A DNA stretch of 64,000 nucleotides from positions 32,001-96,000 of IMG/VR virus record IMGVR_UViG_3300042914_004291; one strand, given 5' to 3'. Every line of letters begins with the position of its first letter. The first letter of the stretch is position 1. Positions 45,017 to 55,195 of this stretch are shown piece after piece. The notes beneath the pieces were generated by a model. The model worked only from the letters and a program-made list of their open reading frames with translations. It ran no database searches and was not told the origin of the DNA. Source of the stretch: a virus. Both the position numbers and the translations under genes were made by a program.

Positions 45017-45508
45017 TTAATACTGCATCACGCACATGTCGTAGCGGATTCCGAGTGTGATTTCTTGAACGGCGTTGCCTTCTTCCATGCTGAGTTCACC
45101 AAAGTTGATTGATTTACACCAAGCACCTTTGTAGTCCCAGAGCTGCACAACGGTTCCAACTGGATCAAGGATCTTGAGCTGGATGTCGCGTTTGTAGAAG
45201 TCTGGGTAGCCAGCACGACCAGACACCGGCTCATAGCACAGGCGAGCCCATTCCATGACTTGTTGTGCCGTGGAAGGAGAGATGTAGTCGATCAGTGTGA
45301 CGCTCATCTCCGAGAAATCTGCTTTGCCAGCGATATATCTGCTACTGTTGATCCAGTTAAGTTTGATCTCCTCTATGGTGATCTCTGGTCGTGCTGCTGT
45401 TTTGATCATATAGGCATCGATGCCTTCGATCGCCAGCACGAACCGGTTCTTGAGATGTGGCATTACTTTTGCCGGGAGCATCTCTGGGACTGATAGTGTT
45501 TGAGCCAT
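45017..45508 (-). CDS. Tail tube protein (T4 gp19-like)
   Basis: NRFVLAIEGI, RPEIT, YIAGK, QQVMEW, YKRDIQLKILDPVG, WDYKGAW, FGELS; follows the sheath genes. Confidence 0.92.
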   Translation of the reverse strand: MAQTLSVPEMLPAKVMPHLKNRFVLAIEGIDAYMIKTAARPEITIEEIKLNWINSSRYIAGKADFSEMSVTLIDYISPSTAQQVMEWARLCYEPVSGRAGYPDFYKRDIQLKILDPVGTVVQLWDYKGAWCKSINFGELSMEEGNAVQEITLGIRYDMCVMQY

Positions 45509-45552
45509 TTGTTTACTGTTTCTTCCTTGTATTTCTCGTTTAACTAATCAGT

Positions 45553-48500
45553 TCATTGAACAAAGTTGTCTCTGTTGCTCACAACGAAATCCAACGACAC
45601 GAACTCGATAGCAGTTGTTGGAACCACAAAGATCTTGCCTTTGAGGGTTTTGTTGTCCAGGTCTGCCTGTGTTGTGGTAGAAGTATCAATGCTGATCTTG
45701 TATTTCTCGACACCGCCAGCAGCCTGATAGCGCTGGAGGATTGGCTGCACTGCTTGATTGAACGCCGTCAGTGTTGCTTCGCGGGCTGGTTCAAAGATAA
45801 ACCTTGAGGCAACTTTGCGAATGTCTCTGCGGATAGCAATCATCAGTCTGCGCACATTGACTCTGTTGAGTAGGCTCTCAGAGTTCAGAAGTGTTTTTTG
45901 ACCCCAGATCACAGAACCAACGCCCGGTTTCGAAAGCATTGGGTTGATCCTTGCGACGTAGAGCGTGTCTGCGTTGGCTTGGTTCAAACTTGTTGCGAAA
46001 CTGGAAACGTTGGCGAGTGTGCCTCTGTTATAACCAGCAGGAGCATTGAATGGCTGACCAACAAAATCGTTCTTAGCATATGCACCAAGTGCTGCTACAG
46101 ATGCGGGCATCTTCTCGTACACAGTGCCATTGCTGACTCTGATGTTTACATCTGGGAAATACGTGGCAGCAAAGCTGCTGTTAACTCCGCGAGTCACGAA
46201 ATTCTGTGCTGTTTGGTTGACGCTGATATTTGTGTATGAACCTGTCAGGTTGTTACCAAGAGTGTCATATTGCTCAGTATCCATGATGTAGAAACAATCA
46301 AAACGATCATTCTCAGCAACGTTGATGGCAGAGTCGGTGACATATGGAACCCGAACCCCTGGTATTGTCATGAGTTGCACATCCAGGTCGTTGACATCAG
46401 AAACAAGATTCAAAGCTTTCATATAGCTCTGGACGGTTGGCCCGCTGGTCAGACCGCGCGTTGTTTGCGTGATCTCTTGGCTCACAGCAGCATTTGTCAA
46501 AAAGGCTTGGTCGCGGTTGAACATGTTCACGCCATCCCAGCCTCTCTCAACAAAGAAACTGAATTTTGCCAACGCTTGAACAGAAGCATTTCCGTTCAAG
46601 TCATCTACGGTCAGCGCTCTTGTTTTTGTTGCTTCGACCGCTGGGATAGATCCGGAACGAACATAGGCCCAGTTGAGGAGGTTTGCTGTGCTTGTCGATG
46701 GCAAACCATTGCTTCCCGTAACAACTTTCACTTTCTCAAGCGAGAACATGTTGTAGTTGAAACGGTCACTGTCTAGAATCCAAGATGCAGTTGTCACAGC
46801 TTGGCCAACGCTATCAAACACGGCGAACTGAACATTGGTCGAATCTGGGTCACTTGGGTAGAACCTAGCAAAGCTAGCAATGCTTGGGTTCAACTGAGCG
46901 CTGCTGTTTGGCTCGGTCGGAGAAACTTGCTTTTGGAACTGAACACCCCAGAATATGTTTGTGTCGACGCCAGATGATGCTGTTGATTTTTTGATGTTTG
47001 CACGCATCGGCACAGGAGGCTGAACGCACTTGTAGAGTGGGAACTCGCCGGTTGTCGCAGTGTTGAAATATGGGAATGCTGGGCGAAGGAGATCTCCTTG
47101 ACGAACATTGTAAAGGCTGCTTGAACCGGCAGTCACAAGATGCTGTGGCCCTCTGAAACCAAATGGGATTGCAGTGTTCGAGACATCGCCACTGGCAACA
47201 TCATCAGATATTTCAACGCGAACATATCGCGAAACGTTTGCATAGTCTCCAAAAGACAAGATCTTTTGTTCTGCTTCCGGTGCTTCGAAGTTGAACTGTT
47301 GATAAGCAGTGCCAATCTTTCTTGCAATATAGTTTGGACTGTCCGGATTCAGGTTACAGTTCGTGAACGGCTCCAAGATCTTCATGCTCTGATCAGTGTC
47401 AGAGAAGCTACGAACAAGCACGTCGAAAGAACCAAATGGCTGTGTTTCCGTAGCAGGCTGGATGTTCATGATAGAGATCTTGAACAGCTCATTGCCGCTA
47501 GAACCATCTGTGAGTGCATGAAACCTGAACAGGTTTACATAGTCCCCACCAAAGTTCTGGGAGATCACCCATGGTGAGAACGCAGTCTTGAATGCATAAC
47601 GGAAGTTCTCATAGTTTGGCGTCACAGTTGAATCGACACTCGAAGTGTGGATTCCTCTAGAGCCGGAGCTTGGTGTCAAGAATGCAATGTTTTCAAGACC
47701 TGCCCCGAAAGCTGATCCAGAAGCAGCAACAACCACGCCAGAACCGGTTGGTACCGCGAATGCACTTGGTACGTCAAACCTAGACCAAAGCAAGTGGCCT
47801 GCCTGTTGCATCTTCAGTGGATCGGTGTTGAAGACGTTCGCAAAATAATTTCCAGCCAAAGGATCAAACGAAGCTGTTATGACATTTGGATATTCAGAGT
47901 CAGTGCCTTTGTGACCATTCAGAAGCATCACAAAACTCTGAGCGCCAGCATTGAGATTGATAGAACCGGTGAAACATCCGGAGAAAACCAACTCAGTTGG
48001 AACAAACGTGGAATCGGGCGGCTCGCATACCTGTGCAGCAGACGAAAGACGCAAAATGACACCAGATGGCGCCATCAGAACTCCACGAACAATTGGTGTC
48101 GATGCAGTTGATGTTTGAAGCCCAGCTTCAGACAAGGTAGTCGATCCGGCAGACTCACTCATGAAACAACCTAGGACATAGGTGCTGCCAGTTACACTGT
48201 TTGCATTTGCATATGGGTTGTTGCCAAGAGCGCCACCTGAAGCTTCAACCGGCTGCTGAGCTCCAACGACGAACCCTGCGTTTGTTGTTCTACCGTTGCC
48301 ATCAGACGACAAACCGTCACCGACACCAAGAACGCGAATATGTACGAGTGGAACAGTTGTGTTTGCAAACCACTCACGTGCAGACAGATATCCCAGCGGA
48401 GTATTGACATTGTCTTTACCGAAAGTAGAAACAAAGTCAGGTTCCGATGTGACCTGTGTTGGTACGAATGCTGGTCCTTTCACAGTTGGAGCAATGACAA

Positions 48501-48588
48501 CAGGTGGTGTGCCTGCGGGATTACGCACCACTGGAGCGCTTAGGTCTGTTTCTGTGGCGTTAACGCCTGGGCTTTGAAATATTGCCAT
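45553..48588 (-). CDS. Tail sheath protein 2
   Basis: FQSPGV..ETDLS, KGPAFVPT, NAPAGYNRG, RINP, WGQKTL, LNRVNVRRLM, FIFEP, PTTAIEFVSLDF. Confidence 0.95.
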   Translation of the reverse strand: MAIFQSPGVNATETDLSAPVVRNPAGTPPVVIAPTVKGPAFVPTQVTSEPDFVSTFGKDNVNTPLGYLSAREWFANTTVPLVHIRVLGVGDGLSSDGNGRTTNAGFVVGAQQPVEASGGALGNNPYANANSVTGSTYVLGCFMSESAGSTTLSEAGLQTSTASTPIVRGVLMAPSGVILRLSSAAQVCEPPDSTFVPTELVFSGCFTGSINLNAGAQSFVMLLNGHKGTDSEYPNVITASFDPLAGNYFANVFNTDPLKMQQAGHLLWSRFDVPSAFAVPTGSGVVVAASGSAFGAGLENIAFLTPSSGSRGIHTSSVDSTVTPNYENFRYAFKTAFSPWVISQNFGGDYVNLFRFHALTDGSSGNELFKISIMNIQPATETQPFGSFDVLVRSFSDTDQSMKILEPFTNCNLNPDSPNYIARKIGTAYQQFNFEAPEAEQKILSFGDYANVSRYVRVEISDDVASGDVSNTAIPFGFRGPQHLVTAGSSSLYNVRQGDLLRPAFPYFNTATTGEFPLYKCVQPPVPMRANIKKSTASSGVDTNIFWGVQFQKQVSPTEPNSSAQLNPSIASFARFYPSDPDSTNVQFAVFDSVGQAVTTASWILDSDRFNYNMFSLEKVKVVTGSNGLPSTSTANLLNWAYVRSGSIPAVEATKTRALTVDDLNGNASVQALAKFSFFVERGWDGVNMFNRDQAFLTNAAVSQEITQTTRGLTSGPTVQSYMKALNLVSDVNDLDVQLMTIPGVRVPYVTDSAINVAENDRFDCFYIMDTEQYDTLGNNLTGSYTNISVNQTAQNFVTRGVNSSFAATYFPDVNIRVSNGTVYEKMPASVAALGAYAKNDFVGQPFNAPAGYNRGTLANVSSFATSLNQANADTLYVARINPMLSKPGVGSVIWGQKTLLNSESLLNRVNVRRLMIAIRRDIRKVASRFIFEPAREATLTAFNQAVQPILQRYQAAGGVEKYKISIDTSTTTQADLDNKTLKGKIFVVPTTAIEFVSLDFVVSNRDNFVQ

Positions 48589-48654
48589 GTCTTTTTACCG
48601 TTTAATTGACGATAAGTAGACATGGCCAAAGGGATCAGTGGGGAAAAGTAATTG

Positions 48655-51600
48655 TCACTCGAATGACACGCCTGATGGCGTGATGACGAAGTCCATGAGG
48701 ATGTATTCAACGGCACGCGTTGGAATCACTGCGATTCTTGCATTCATCCTGTTCGAACTGATATCGTTCTGTGTGTTGTTCCTTGTGTCACAGATCACAC
48801 TGAACTTCTCAATCCCCTGATTGTTCTGTACTGCTGACAACACCAGAGTAGCCTGATCGATAAACAGTTTTCTTGTTGTTTCGTTGTTTTGTTCAAACAT
48901 CAACCGGTTAGCAATTTCAATGATCTGTCGTTTGATCTCAATCAACATCCTGCGAACGTTGATGCTCGACAGAGCCGAGTTGGTATTTTGCAACAGCGTG
49001 TTCTGTGAGAAGAACACATAGTTCGTGCCGGGGAACTTGGTGATCGGGTTGATGTGTGCATCATACAGACGGTCGCGGTCTGCCTGGTTAACCTTCACAG
49101 CAGTTTGTTTGACGAATGCAAGAGAACCGCGATCAAACCCGGCTGGGGCAAACCATGGGAACTTGTTTCTGTCATTATAGGAAAACGCACTAAAAGCGGC
49201 AACGCTTCCTGGAACCGATAGGCGACGTGCTGTGACGCTGTCTTCAATTGTGCAGTTTGGAAAATAGGCCGCGGCATAACTTGTATCAAGCGCCCTAGAA
49301 ATCAATGCGTTTGACGTCTGCACAACAGAAGGCGTACCAGATGATTGACCATCAAAGATTCTACCAGTTGCAGTCCCAGTAGAATCATATTGCGGAATAT
49401 CTTCTGGATAGATTGCAAGGCCGTACGATGCGATTTTCTCCATTGCATAGTTTGTAACCAAAGGATCACGCTGCCCTGGAATAGTGATGATATTGCAGTT
49501 GCTGACCGCGGGATTTGTTGCAACATCTACTGCGGTGCGATATGCAACAACAGCGCTGTTATCTGCACCGACACCAGTCCAGTTAGTACCTGCCGCTGCG
49601 CCCGGTGAATTGTACGCAACGCTTGCCAAACCATCTTGTGTCAAGTTGACTTCAGTGGATGTGGATTGGTCGCTGAAACGTCTGGCCTGTTTGTCAAAGA
49701 TGTTAACACCATCCCAGCCACCAGCCATGAATGCAGTAAACTTAGCAAAGCCGGAAAAGTTGTTGAACTGAACGGCAGAACCGCTGTTTAGAACTGATGC
49801 CAAAGTTATTCTGTTGCCAAAGTTGGTTGCAACGTACGTGTTTGGATTCAATGTAGCATTGCGCAGATAAGCCGTATCTCTCATGTGTGCTGCGGCAGAG
49901 CCGGTGAGGTTCGACAGGGATGTGATTCCAAGTGCAACCTTGGCCAGCGAGAACTTGTTGTTGTTCAGAATATCTGCGGCAGACCCTGTCACGAGAGCAT
50001 CCAGTTTTTCAATTCCTGAAAACTTTGCAAAGTTTTCAACGATCTGGTTTGGTTCAACCACGGCATTTGTGTTCAGGACGTTGTTGTTTCTCTCAAACTT
50101 CACACCCCAGAACAGTCTGCCATCGACAACAGTTTGCACACCAGGAGCTCCTGGAGCACCGCTTGTTGCCAGATCGTTTCTAGTCACCGTGAACCTGAAT
50201 GGAATCGGTGGCACAATAGACCCGGAAAGAGCTGCACCGCCCGGGTTTGTTGAAGCAGAAACGCCTGTTATCCTGGTTTTGTTCAGTGGAATACTGCCAG
50301 TTGTGTCGTTCAATGCACTGTTTGTCAAGAGCACGTTGTAGCCTCTGAAACCAAATGGAAGTGCTTTTGCAGGAACTTCCATGGCGTCAAGTTTTGCTGC
50401 ACATTCGATTCGAATATATTTCGATCGGTTCTTGTACTTGCCAGTCAGAACAATATTCTTGTCTGATGCGTCCTCAGCGTCGAAGTTGAAAGACACGGCC
50501 ATGTCACCGATCATCTTTGCGACATAATTTGAGCTTCTAGGATCAAGCGACAGATTGCCAAACGTTTCTAGAATCTGCGGGTTGGTATCTGTATCGTTGA
50601 ATGCTCTCACAAGAAGAGTGAACGTTCCGTGCTCGGTGTTAGGATCCGTGCTAGCCCGAAGGTCAGAGATACTGACCTTGACTTTGTTGTTTGCATACTC
50701 GCCATCGTCTCGTGAGTAGACTCTGAAAAGATCATATTCCACACTGCCAAAAGGCTGTGAAATAAACCATGGTGTTTTTGGCGTAGTATACCTTGCTTCG
50801 TAAGTTCCAAAAATACTTGACCAATCCATGAGGTTGGCGTCGTTGTTGTATTGCGAACCGGACAAAACTGCGACAGTCGCAACGGTGGCGCTAGAGCTCA
50901 GCGCTGCGACCTCAGCGTCAACAGGAAAGTGCATCCAAAGCATATGCTTTTTCTCTGCAAAACTATCAGGATTCGTGTTCAGGACTTTTGCGACATAAAA
51001 ATCTGAGCTTGGGTTCAAGCTAGCAGTCAAAATTCGGAGCCCTGGATATCCATCATCACTAGCAAAACTGGCACCTGCCGATGAGGAAATGATGATCTTG
51101 AAACAATCAACGAGTAATCCTTCTGTTCCAACACGTGCCGCTTCATAGTTGTTAGTTCCGGCCGCAAAGGTGGTTGGGTCGTAAGAAACAGCGGTTGATC
51201 CACTCATAACCATGAAACGTGCATCGGTTGTGGAAAACAGAACAGCTCGTAGAAGGTTTGGATCTGTTGAGACACTGTTGTTGTTAGTGAATTCTGGGAA
51301 ACCAAACGCTTCGTCGGTTGAAACGGTGTGTTTTCCTACCAGGAACTGCGCAACGCCTGGGCGGGCGCCGCTAACAAACGGCGTCCCATCGTAGATCACA
51401 GACATCCCAGCGTTTGTCACAATGCCGGTAAGATTTGTCATCTCAATGTCAGAAGAACTTGAGTTGGCGCCGCAGCCGAGCACCCTGACAAAGTTTAGTG
51501 ATGCTAGCTCGTTTTCTTTTGCGGCAAAATATTTCTCGACCGCATATCCGCTAGGCAGCGCAGGATCTAGATCGCCAAACGCGTTCTTGAAATCATCGAT

Positions 51601-51747
51601 GCCGCCAACAGTCACCGGCACGAAAGCTGGACCTCGTTTTGCAGCACCAATCACGGTAGCTGGGATACCGCCGACAAGAGCTTCGCGCTCAGTTAGATCG
51701 AATTCCTGGTCGAAATACCCAGGAGCTTTGAATGTCATATTACCCAT
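48655..51747 (-). CDS. Tail sheath protein 1
   Basis: FKAPGYFDQEFDL, RGPAFVPV, PWFAPAGFDRG, HINPI, SINVRRML, MFEQN, PTRAVEYILMDF. Confidence 0.95.
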   Translation of the reverse strand: MGNMTFKAPGYFDQEFDLTEREALVGGIPATVIGAAKRGPAFVPVTVGGIDDFKNAFGDLDPALPSGYAVEKYFAAKENELASLNFVRVLGCGANSSSSDIEMTNLTGIVTNAGMSVIYDGTPFVSGARPGVAQFLVGKHTVSTDEAFGFPEFTNNNSVSTDPNLLRAVLFSTTDARFMVMSGSTAVSYDPTTFAAGTNNYEAARVGTEGLLVDCFKIIISSSAGASFASDDGYPGLRILTASLNPSSDFYVAKVLNTNPDSFAEKKHMLWMHFPVDAEVAALSSSATVATVAVLSGSQYNNDANLMDWSSIFGTYEARYTTPKTPWFISQPFGSVEYDLFRVYSRDDGEYANNKVKVSISDLRASTDPNTEHGTFTLLVRAFNDTDTNPQILETFGNLSLDPRSSNYVAKMIGDMAVSFNFDAEDASDKNIVLTGKYKNRSKYIRIECAAKLDAMEVPAKALPFGFRGYNVLLTNSALNDTTGSIPLNKTRITGVSASTNPGGAALSGSIVPPIPFRFTVTRNDLATSGAPGAPGVQTVVDGRLFWGVKFERNNNVLNTNAVVEPNQIVENFAKFSGIEKLDALVTGSAADILNNNKFSLAKVALGITSLSNLTGSAAAHMRDTAYLRNATLNPNTYVATNFGNRITLASVLNSGSAVQFNNFSGFAKFTAFMAGGWDGVNIFDKQARRFSDQSTSTEVNLTQDGLASVAYNSPGAAAGTNWTGVGADNSAVVAYRTAVDVATNPAVSNCNIITIPGQRDPLVTNYAMEKIASYGLAIYPEDIPQYDSTGTATGRIFDGQSSGTPSVVQTSNALISRALDTSYAAAYFPNCTIEDSVTARRLSVPGSVAAFSAFSYNDRNKFPWFAPAGFDRGSLAFVKQTAVKVNQADRDRLYDAHINPITKFPGTNYVFFSQNTLLQNTNSALSSINVRRMLIEIKRQIIEIANRLMFEQNNETTRKLFIDQATLVLSAVQNNQGIEKFSVICDTRNNTQNDISSNRMNARIAVIPTRAVEYILMDFVITPSGVSFE

Positions 51748-51858
51748 GTTTTACACTGTTCCTTATTTACTTTTCAGTCTCTAAGTATGGAACAGAGTAT
51801 GGGAATCCGGCATGCCGCCCAACAAGCTTAAGGCCGGATAATTAGTTAGACGATCTGT

Positions 51859-53151
51859 TTACTGACGTCTTCTCTTGTTTTTGCTGCCATCGATGAAGAA
51901 GTCATTCAGCGTTTGTAAATCAGACGCTGTGTACACGGTTTCACCATGTTTCTGTGTTCGATTCATCTCCTTAACAAATCTGCCATTCTTCTTGAAGAGG
52001 AATTGTTGGTTCAGTGTTTTTGTGGATTGATCATTCAGTGGTGTCTCTTCGACATCTTGCGAAAGAGAGAACTTAGTCATCTGATCCTCTTTGGTCATGT
52101 CATACAAAGATGAGTCACGTTCTGACTTGATTCCTTCAGTGCCGCCAACCATCGATGTTTCAAAAACCACAGAAGGATTTGAGATATACCGTTTGATTGC
52201 AGTCTTCTGGCCTGGGCCAGTAGGAGCGACAAGCAGACCTCTGACTGTCATCGTGAAAACGTTTCTGACAATTCTTTCCTCGTCTGTCATGTCATCAGAG
52301 TTGTTGCCCGAAGATATCTCGGAATCCAACACAGCATTGAACCAATAACCTTTAGAGCTCTTGAGATAGAAACTCTTCCCGGGTGCTAGCTGCGATGCCA
52401 GCGTTGCTTCAATCAGGTAGTTCATGTGCATCTCCTCTGTCGTCCAGTACACGATCTCATACTTCGCATCAAACGACTGTGGAAATGGAATCTTGATGAT
52501 CTCATAGATGTGATCGCCCGGATTTAATCCACTAGCCAGCAGCATGCCCTGGCGTATCGCAGGATTGCTCGCTAGGTTGTTTTTATTTGCCCTGTAAGTG
52601 TCTGGTTGGGTAGTCGGAAGGTTTTGCAGCCCAAGTGGATTTAATAAAGCCTGGAGGGCGTTGTCGTCGATCTCTGCATAAGGCCGTTTGATTGTCATCT
52701 CTCCGAGGAATGTGGCTTGCGACTCTTGAGTCAAACCGGTCCTTCTGACAGAAATGGCTGGGAGGATCAGAACGCCGTTCCTGTCTCTGAACGGTTTCAG
52801 CTTCTTGGCGACAGCGAACCTCTCACCACCAGCAAACTTGACGAATGGTTTTGGTAGCGCGAACTGTCTTTGAGATCCTTGCGCAGATGAGAAATTTCTG
52901 AACCCTATTGTCTGATCGAACAACTCAACGACTGCAATGTCGACATCTTCAATTCCACATGATGGAATCCAGAATGATCCGGTAGAACCAATTATGTTAT
53001 CTAGCCCGGTATCATCATTGGCCAGAGCATAGCCTGTTGGAATCTGCTCAACATAGCCACCAAGCCTAGGAACATTTTGTCTTACGACGTTTCCAGGAGG
53101 TGATAGCGGCAGTTTGTTGTCGTCGTTTGCACCATTGAAACTATCAGTCAT
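51859..53151 (-). CDS. Putative tail terminator / sheath stabiliser (T4 gp15-like)
   Basis: Position between neck and sheath genes; IEDVDIAV, GERF, LILPAISVRRTG, KYEIVYWT...MNYLIE, ERIVRNVFTMTVRG. Confidence 0.7.
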   Translation of the reverse strand: MTDSFNGANDDNKLPLSPPGNVVRQNVPRLGGYVEQIPTGYALANDDTGLDNIIGSTGSFWIPSCGIEDVDIAVVELFDQTIGFRNFSSAQGSQRQFALPKPFVKFAGGERFAVAKKLKPFRDRNGVLILPAISVRRTGLTQESQATFLGEMTIKRPYAEIDDNALQALLNPLGLQNLPTTQPDTYRANKNNLASNPAIRQGMLLASGLNPGDHIYEIIKIPFPQSFDAKYEIVYWTTEEMHMNYLIEATLASQLAPGKSFYLKSSKGYWFNAVLDSEISSGNNSDDMTDEERIVRNVFTMTVRGLLVAPTGPGQKTAIKRYISNPSVVFETSMVGGTEGIKSERDSSLYDMTKEDQMTKFSLSQDVEETPLNDQSTKTLNQQFLFKKNGRFVKEMNRTQKHGETVYTASDLQTLNDFFIDGSKNKRRRQ

Positions 53152-53860
53152 AGATTCCTGCCTTCGCTGGTGGAGGGTTGTTCACAAACGTCGTAACCTT
53201 TTCGTTTGGATTAGCAGCATTTTCGTCAGGCGCTACTTTCCTAGGCCCAGTACCCAAAGCAATGTCTGCCATGTTCCCACCAAGCCGTTGTCGCATCTCT
53301 CTCACATCCCCAGTCGGCACACCATCCGATGTTTCTGCTAGCCCACGTGTTTGCTCAAATGTCATCTGAGTATCACCAGGGACCAACGGTGTTTTTGGCA
53401 GGTTCTTGATAGTGTTTGGATCAAGCTGGCTAAGTCTTGCAGACTTCGCAGTCAGCTTCCACGCCAGATCGTACTCAGCCATACCAAAGATATTGTTAGT
53501 GTTCACCATGGTCAGGATCTCATACACAGTATCATCAAACATGAACATGTCACCCTCCGATGGTGTGATCTTCTTGTCGTCTAGATCCTTTACCTGAATT
53601 AGAACTTCCAGTTTGCATTCAAGCTGTGGTCCAAATGCCGTGTTCTTAGACACCCACTCAGGCTGACCAACCAAAGCAGGAATCTTGATCGGATTGTCGA
53701 ATATCTTCTCTGGTGCTTCGTCATACACAGGGTGCACAGCACTGTTCAGAGTTGACACCGGGATATAGAGAATAAACTGGCCAGCAGCATCGCTGATAAA
53801 CTCTTTCGTGATGTCGTTGATGAACTGCATCTCTTTCTGACCTATGAACAATCTAGCCAT
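53144..53860 (-). CDS. Neck / head-closure protein (T4 gp14-like)
   Basis: HPVYDEAPEKIFDNP, PSEGDMFMFDDTVYEI; synteny. Confidence 0.75.
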   Translation of the reverse strand: MARLFIGQKEMQFINDITKEFISDAAGQFILYIPVSTLNSAVHPVYDEAPEKIFDNPIKIPALVGQPEWVSKNTAFGPQLECKLEVLIQVKDLDDKKITPSEGDMFMFDDTVYEILTMVNTNNIFGMAEYDLAWKLTAKSARLSQLDPNTIKNLPKTPLVPGDTQMTFEQTRGLAETSDGVPTGDVREMRQRLGGNMADIALGTGPRKVAPDENAANPNEKVTTFVNNPPPAKAGIYD

Positions 53861-53886
53861 GCTTCGTTCCTTCTATTATTAGCCCG

Positions 53887-55158
53887 TCATCCGACGTAAA
53901 AGACATATTTTGGGGGAATTGGCGTGAAGGATAGCTGTTTCACCATTGACTCTGCCTTGGCAGCATCTTGTTCTGCTAGTTTGTCGTACGTCAAACCATC
54001 CAGAGTCTCTTTCAACGACGTGAGCAGTTTCTCCTGTTGCTCTCTCCCAGCAGAACGAAGATCATCACCGTCCAACTGGAGTTCTGCACCGGGTATTGGA
54101 ATGTTCTTGAACTTGCTTCTCACCTTGCCAAGCAATTCCGTGCTCAAAGCTAGGGTGAATTGCGCAATCCAGTTCCTGCTCCACATGTTCAGGCTGTTGT
54201 AGTTCAAAGGCCCAAACGGCGAATTGAATGGACCATTCACGCCATAGATCTTGTCTTGCTGGAACGTTCCACCCGATCCGGACCCATAGACTTGATATGA
54301 AGATCCAGAGTTAACCAATGAGTTGGCTAGAGTCGGAAATGGAGATGATGAAAACCTCACACGCAACCAAACTCTGTCGTAATAGCCAAGACGCAAGTTG
54401 TTTGGCACTGGATAGATCCGGATTTTGCGGCCAGAGATCTTGTAGGTGTAGTGCGACCTTCTGATCTTCTGAGCCTCCTTGAGCATCGATCCTCTCAGCA
54501 CGTCTTCAAATAATGGAAGGACATAGAACCTAGTGTCTGGAATCCAGCTCTCAACAGGCAAACCAGAAGCAACAAAGTTCGATGCAAGGTTGCTGTTGAA
54601 CATGTACTGCGCTGGTGGCCCATGAAAAACTTCAACAACTTCCATGCCGCCAACAGAGCCGCTTGGCTGCTGAGCCCAGATGCTTGAACCGCTAACGTCT
54701 ACCAAGTCAGTATAGAGGTCATATTCCTGTCTCCCAGTGGTGAGATGGATATAGCCCATGTACGACTGCTCAGACTGACCAAAACCAACGATGCTAGCAT
54801 AAGGTGCAGCAAGCATGTTCAGGAACTCAAGGTTCTGCTGGACATACATGTCGGAGATGTTGATGTTGTTGTTTCCATTGGCATCTAAACTTCCAGTTGG
54901 CATGCCTAGGATCGAAGTCAAGTTTGACTTGTTCTGGTACTCGATCATCTTGCCATTGAACTCGCGAGTAGCATTCTCAAAACAAGCCCAGATCATCTGC
55001 TTAGTGAGCTCAACACCTAAGACGTCTTCCCCAAGCATTCTGAGAACAAATGTGACCATGTTGTCAGCATCGCTCTGAAACAGCGAGTACCGATCATAGA
55101 AACCAAATGGTGTTGGCCGCAAAGTTGTGTTGAAGGTAATCGATGGAGGAGGAGCCAT
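53887..55158 (-). CDS. Neck / head-tail adaptor protein (T4 gp13-like)
   Basis: LRMLGEDVLGVEL, IRIYPVP, WIAQFTLALSTELLGKVRSKF..IPIPGAELQLDG; ATG 55158 follows late box 55174-55179. Confidence 0.85.
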   Translation of the reverse strand: MAPPPSITFNTTLRPTPFGFYDRYSLFQSDADNMVTFVLRMLGEDVLGVELTKQMIWACFENATREFNGKMIEYQNKSNLTSILGMPTGSLDANGNNNINISDMYVQQNLEFLNMLAAPYASIVGFGQSEQSYMGYIHLTTGRQEYDLYTDLVDVSGSSIWAQQPSGSVGGMEVVEVFHGPPAQYMFNSNLASNFVASGLPVESWIPDTRFYVLPLFEDVLRGSMLKEAQKIRRSHYTYKISGRKIRIYPVPNNLRLGYYDRVWLRVRFSSSPFPTLANSLVNSGSSYQVYGSGSGGTFQQDKIYGVNGPFNSPFGPLNYNSLNMWSRNWIAQFTLALSTELLGKVRSKFKNIPIPGAELQLDGDDLRSAGREQQEKLLTSLKETLDGLTYDKLAEQDAAKAESMVKQLSFTPIPPKYVFYVG

Positions 55159-55195
55159 GGCAGTTAGTAGCACTAACTACAGATGGCATAGCAGA

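Noticed and set aside
51806-51840. Inverted repeat ATCCGGC...GCCGGAT between the tail terminator and sheath genes
   Set aside because: 7-bp stem with a long loop and no U-tract; function cannot be supported
45017-55158. Extracellular contractile injection system or tailocin, suggested by multiple sheaths
   Set aside because: Capsid, scaffold, neck and replication genes are present, so this is a complete phage
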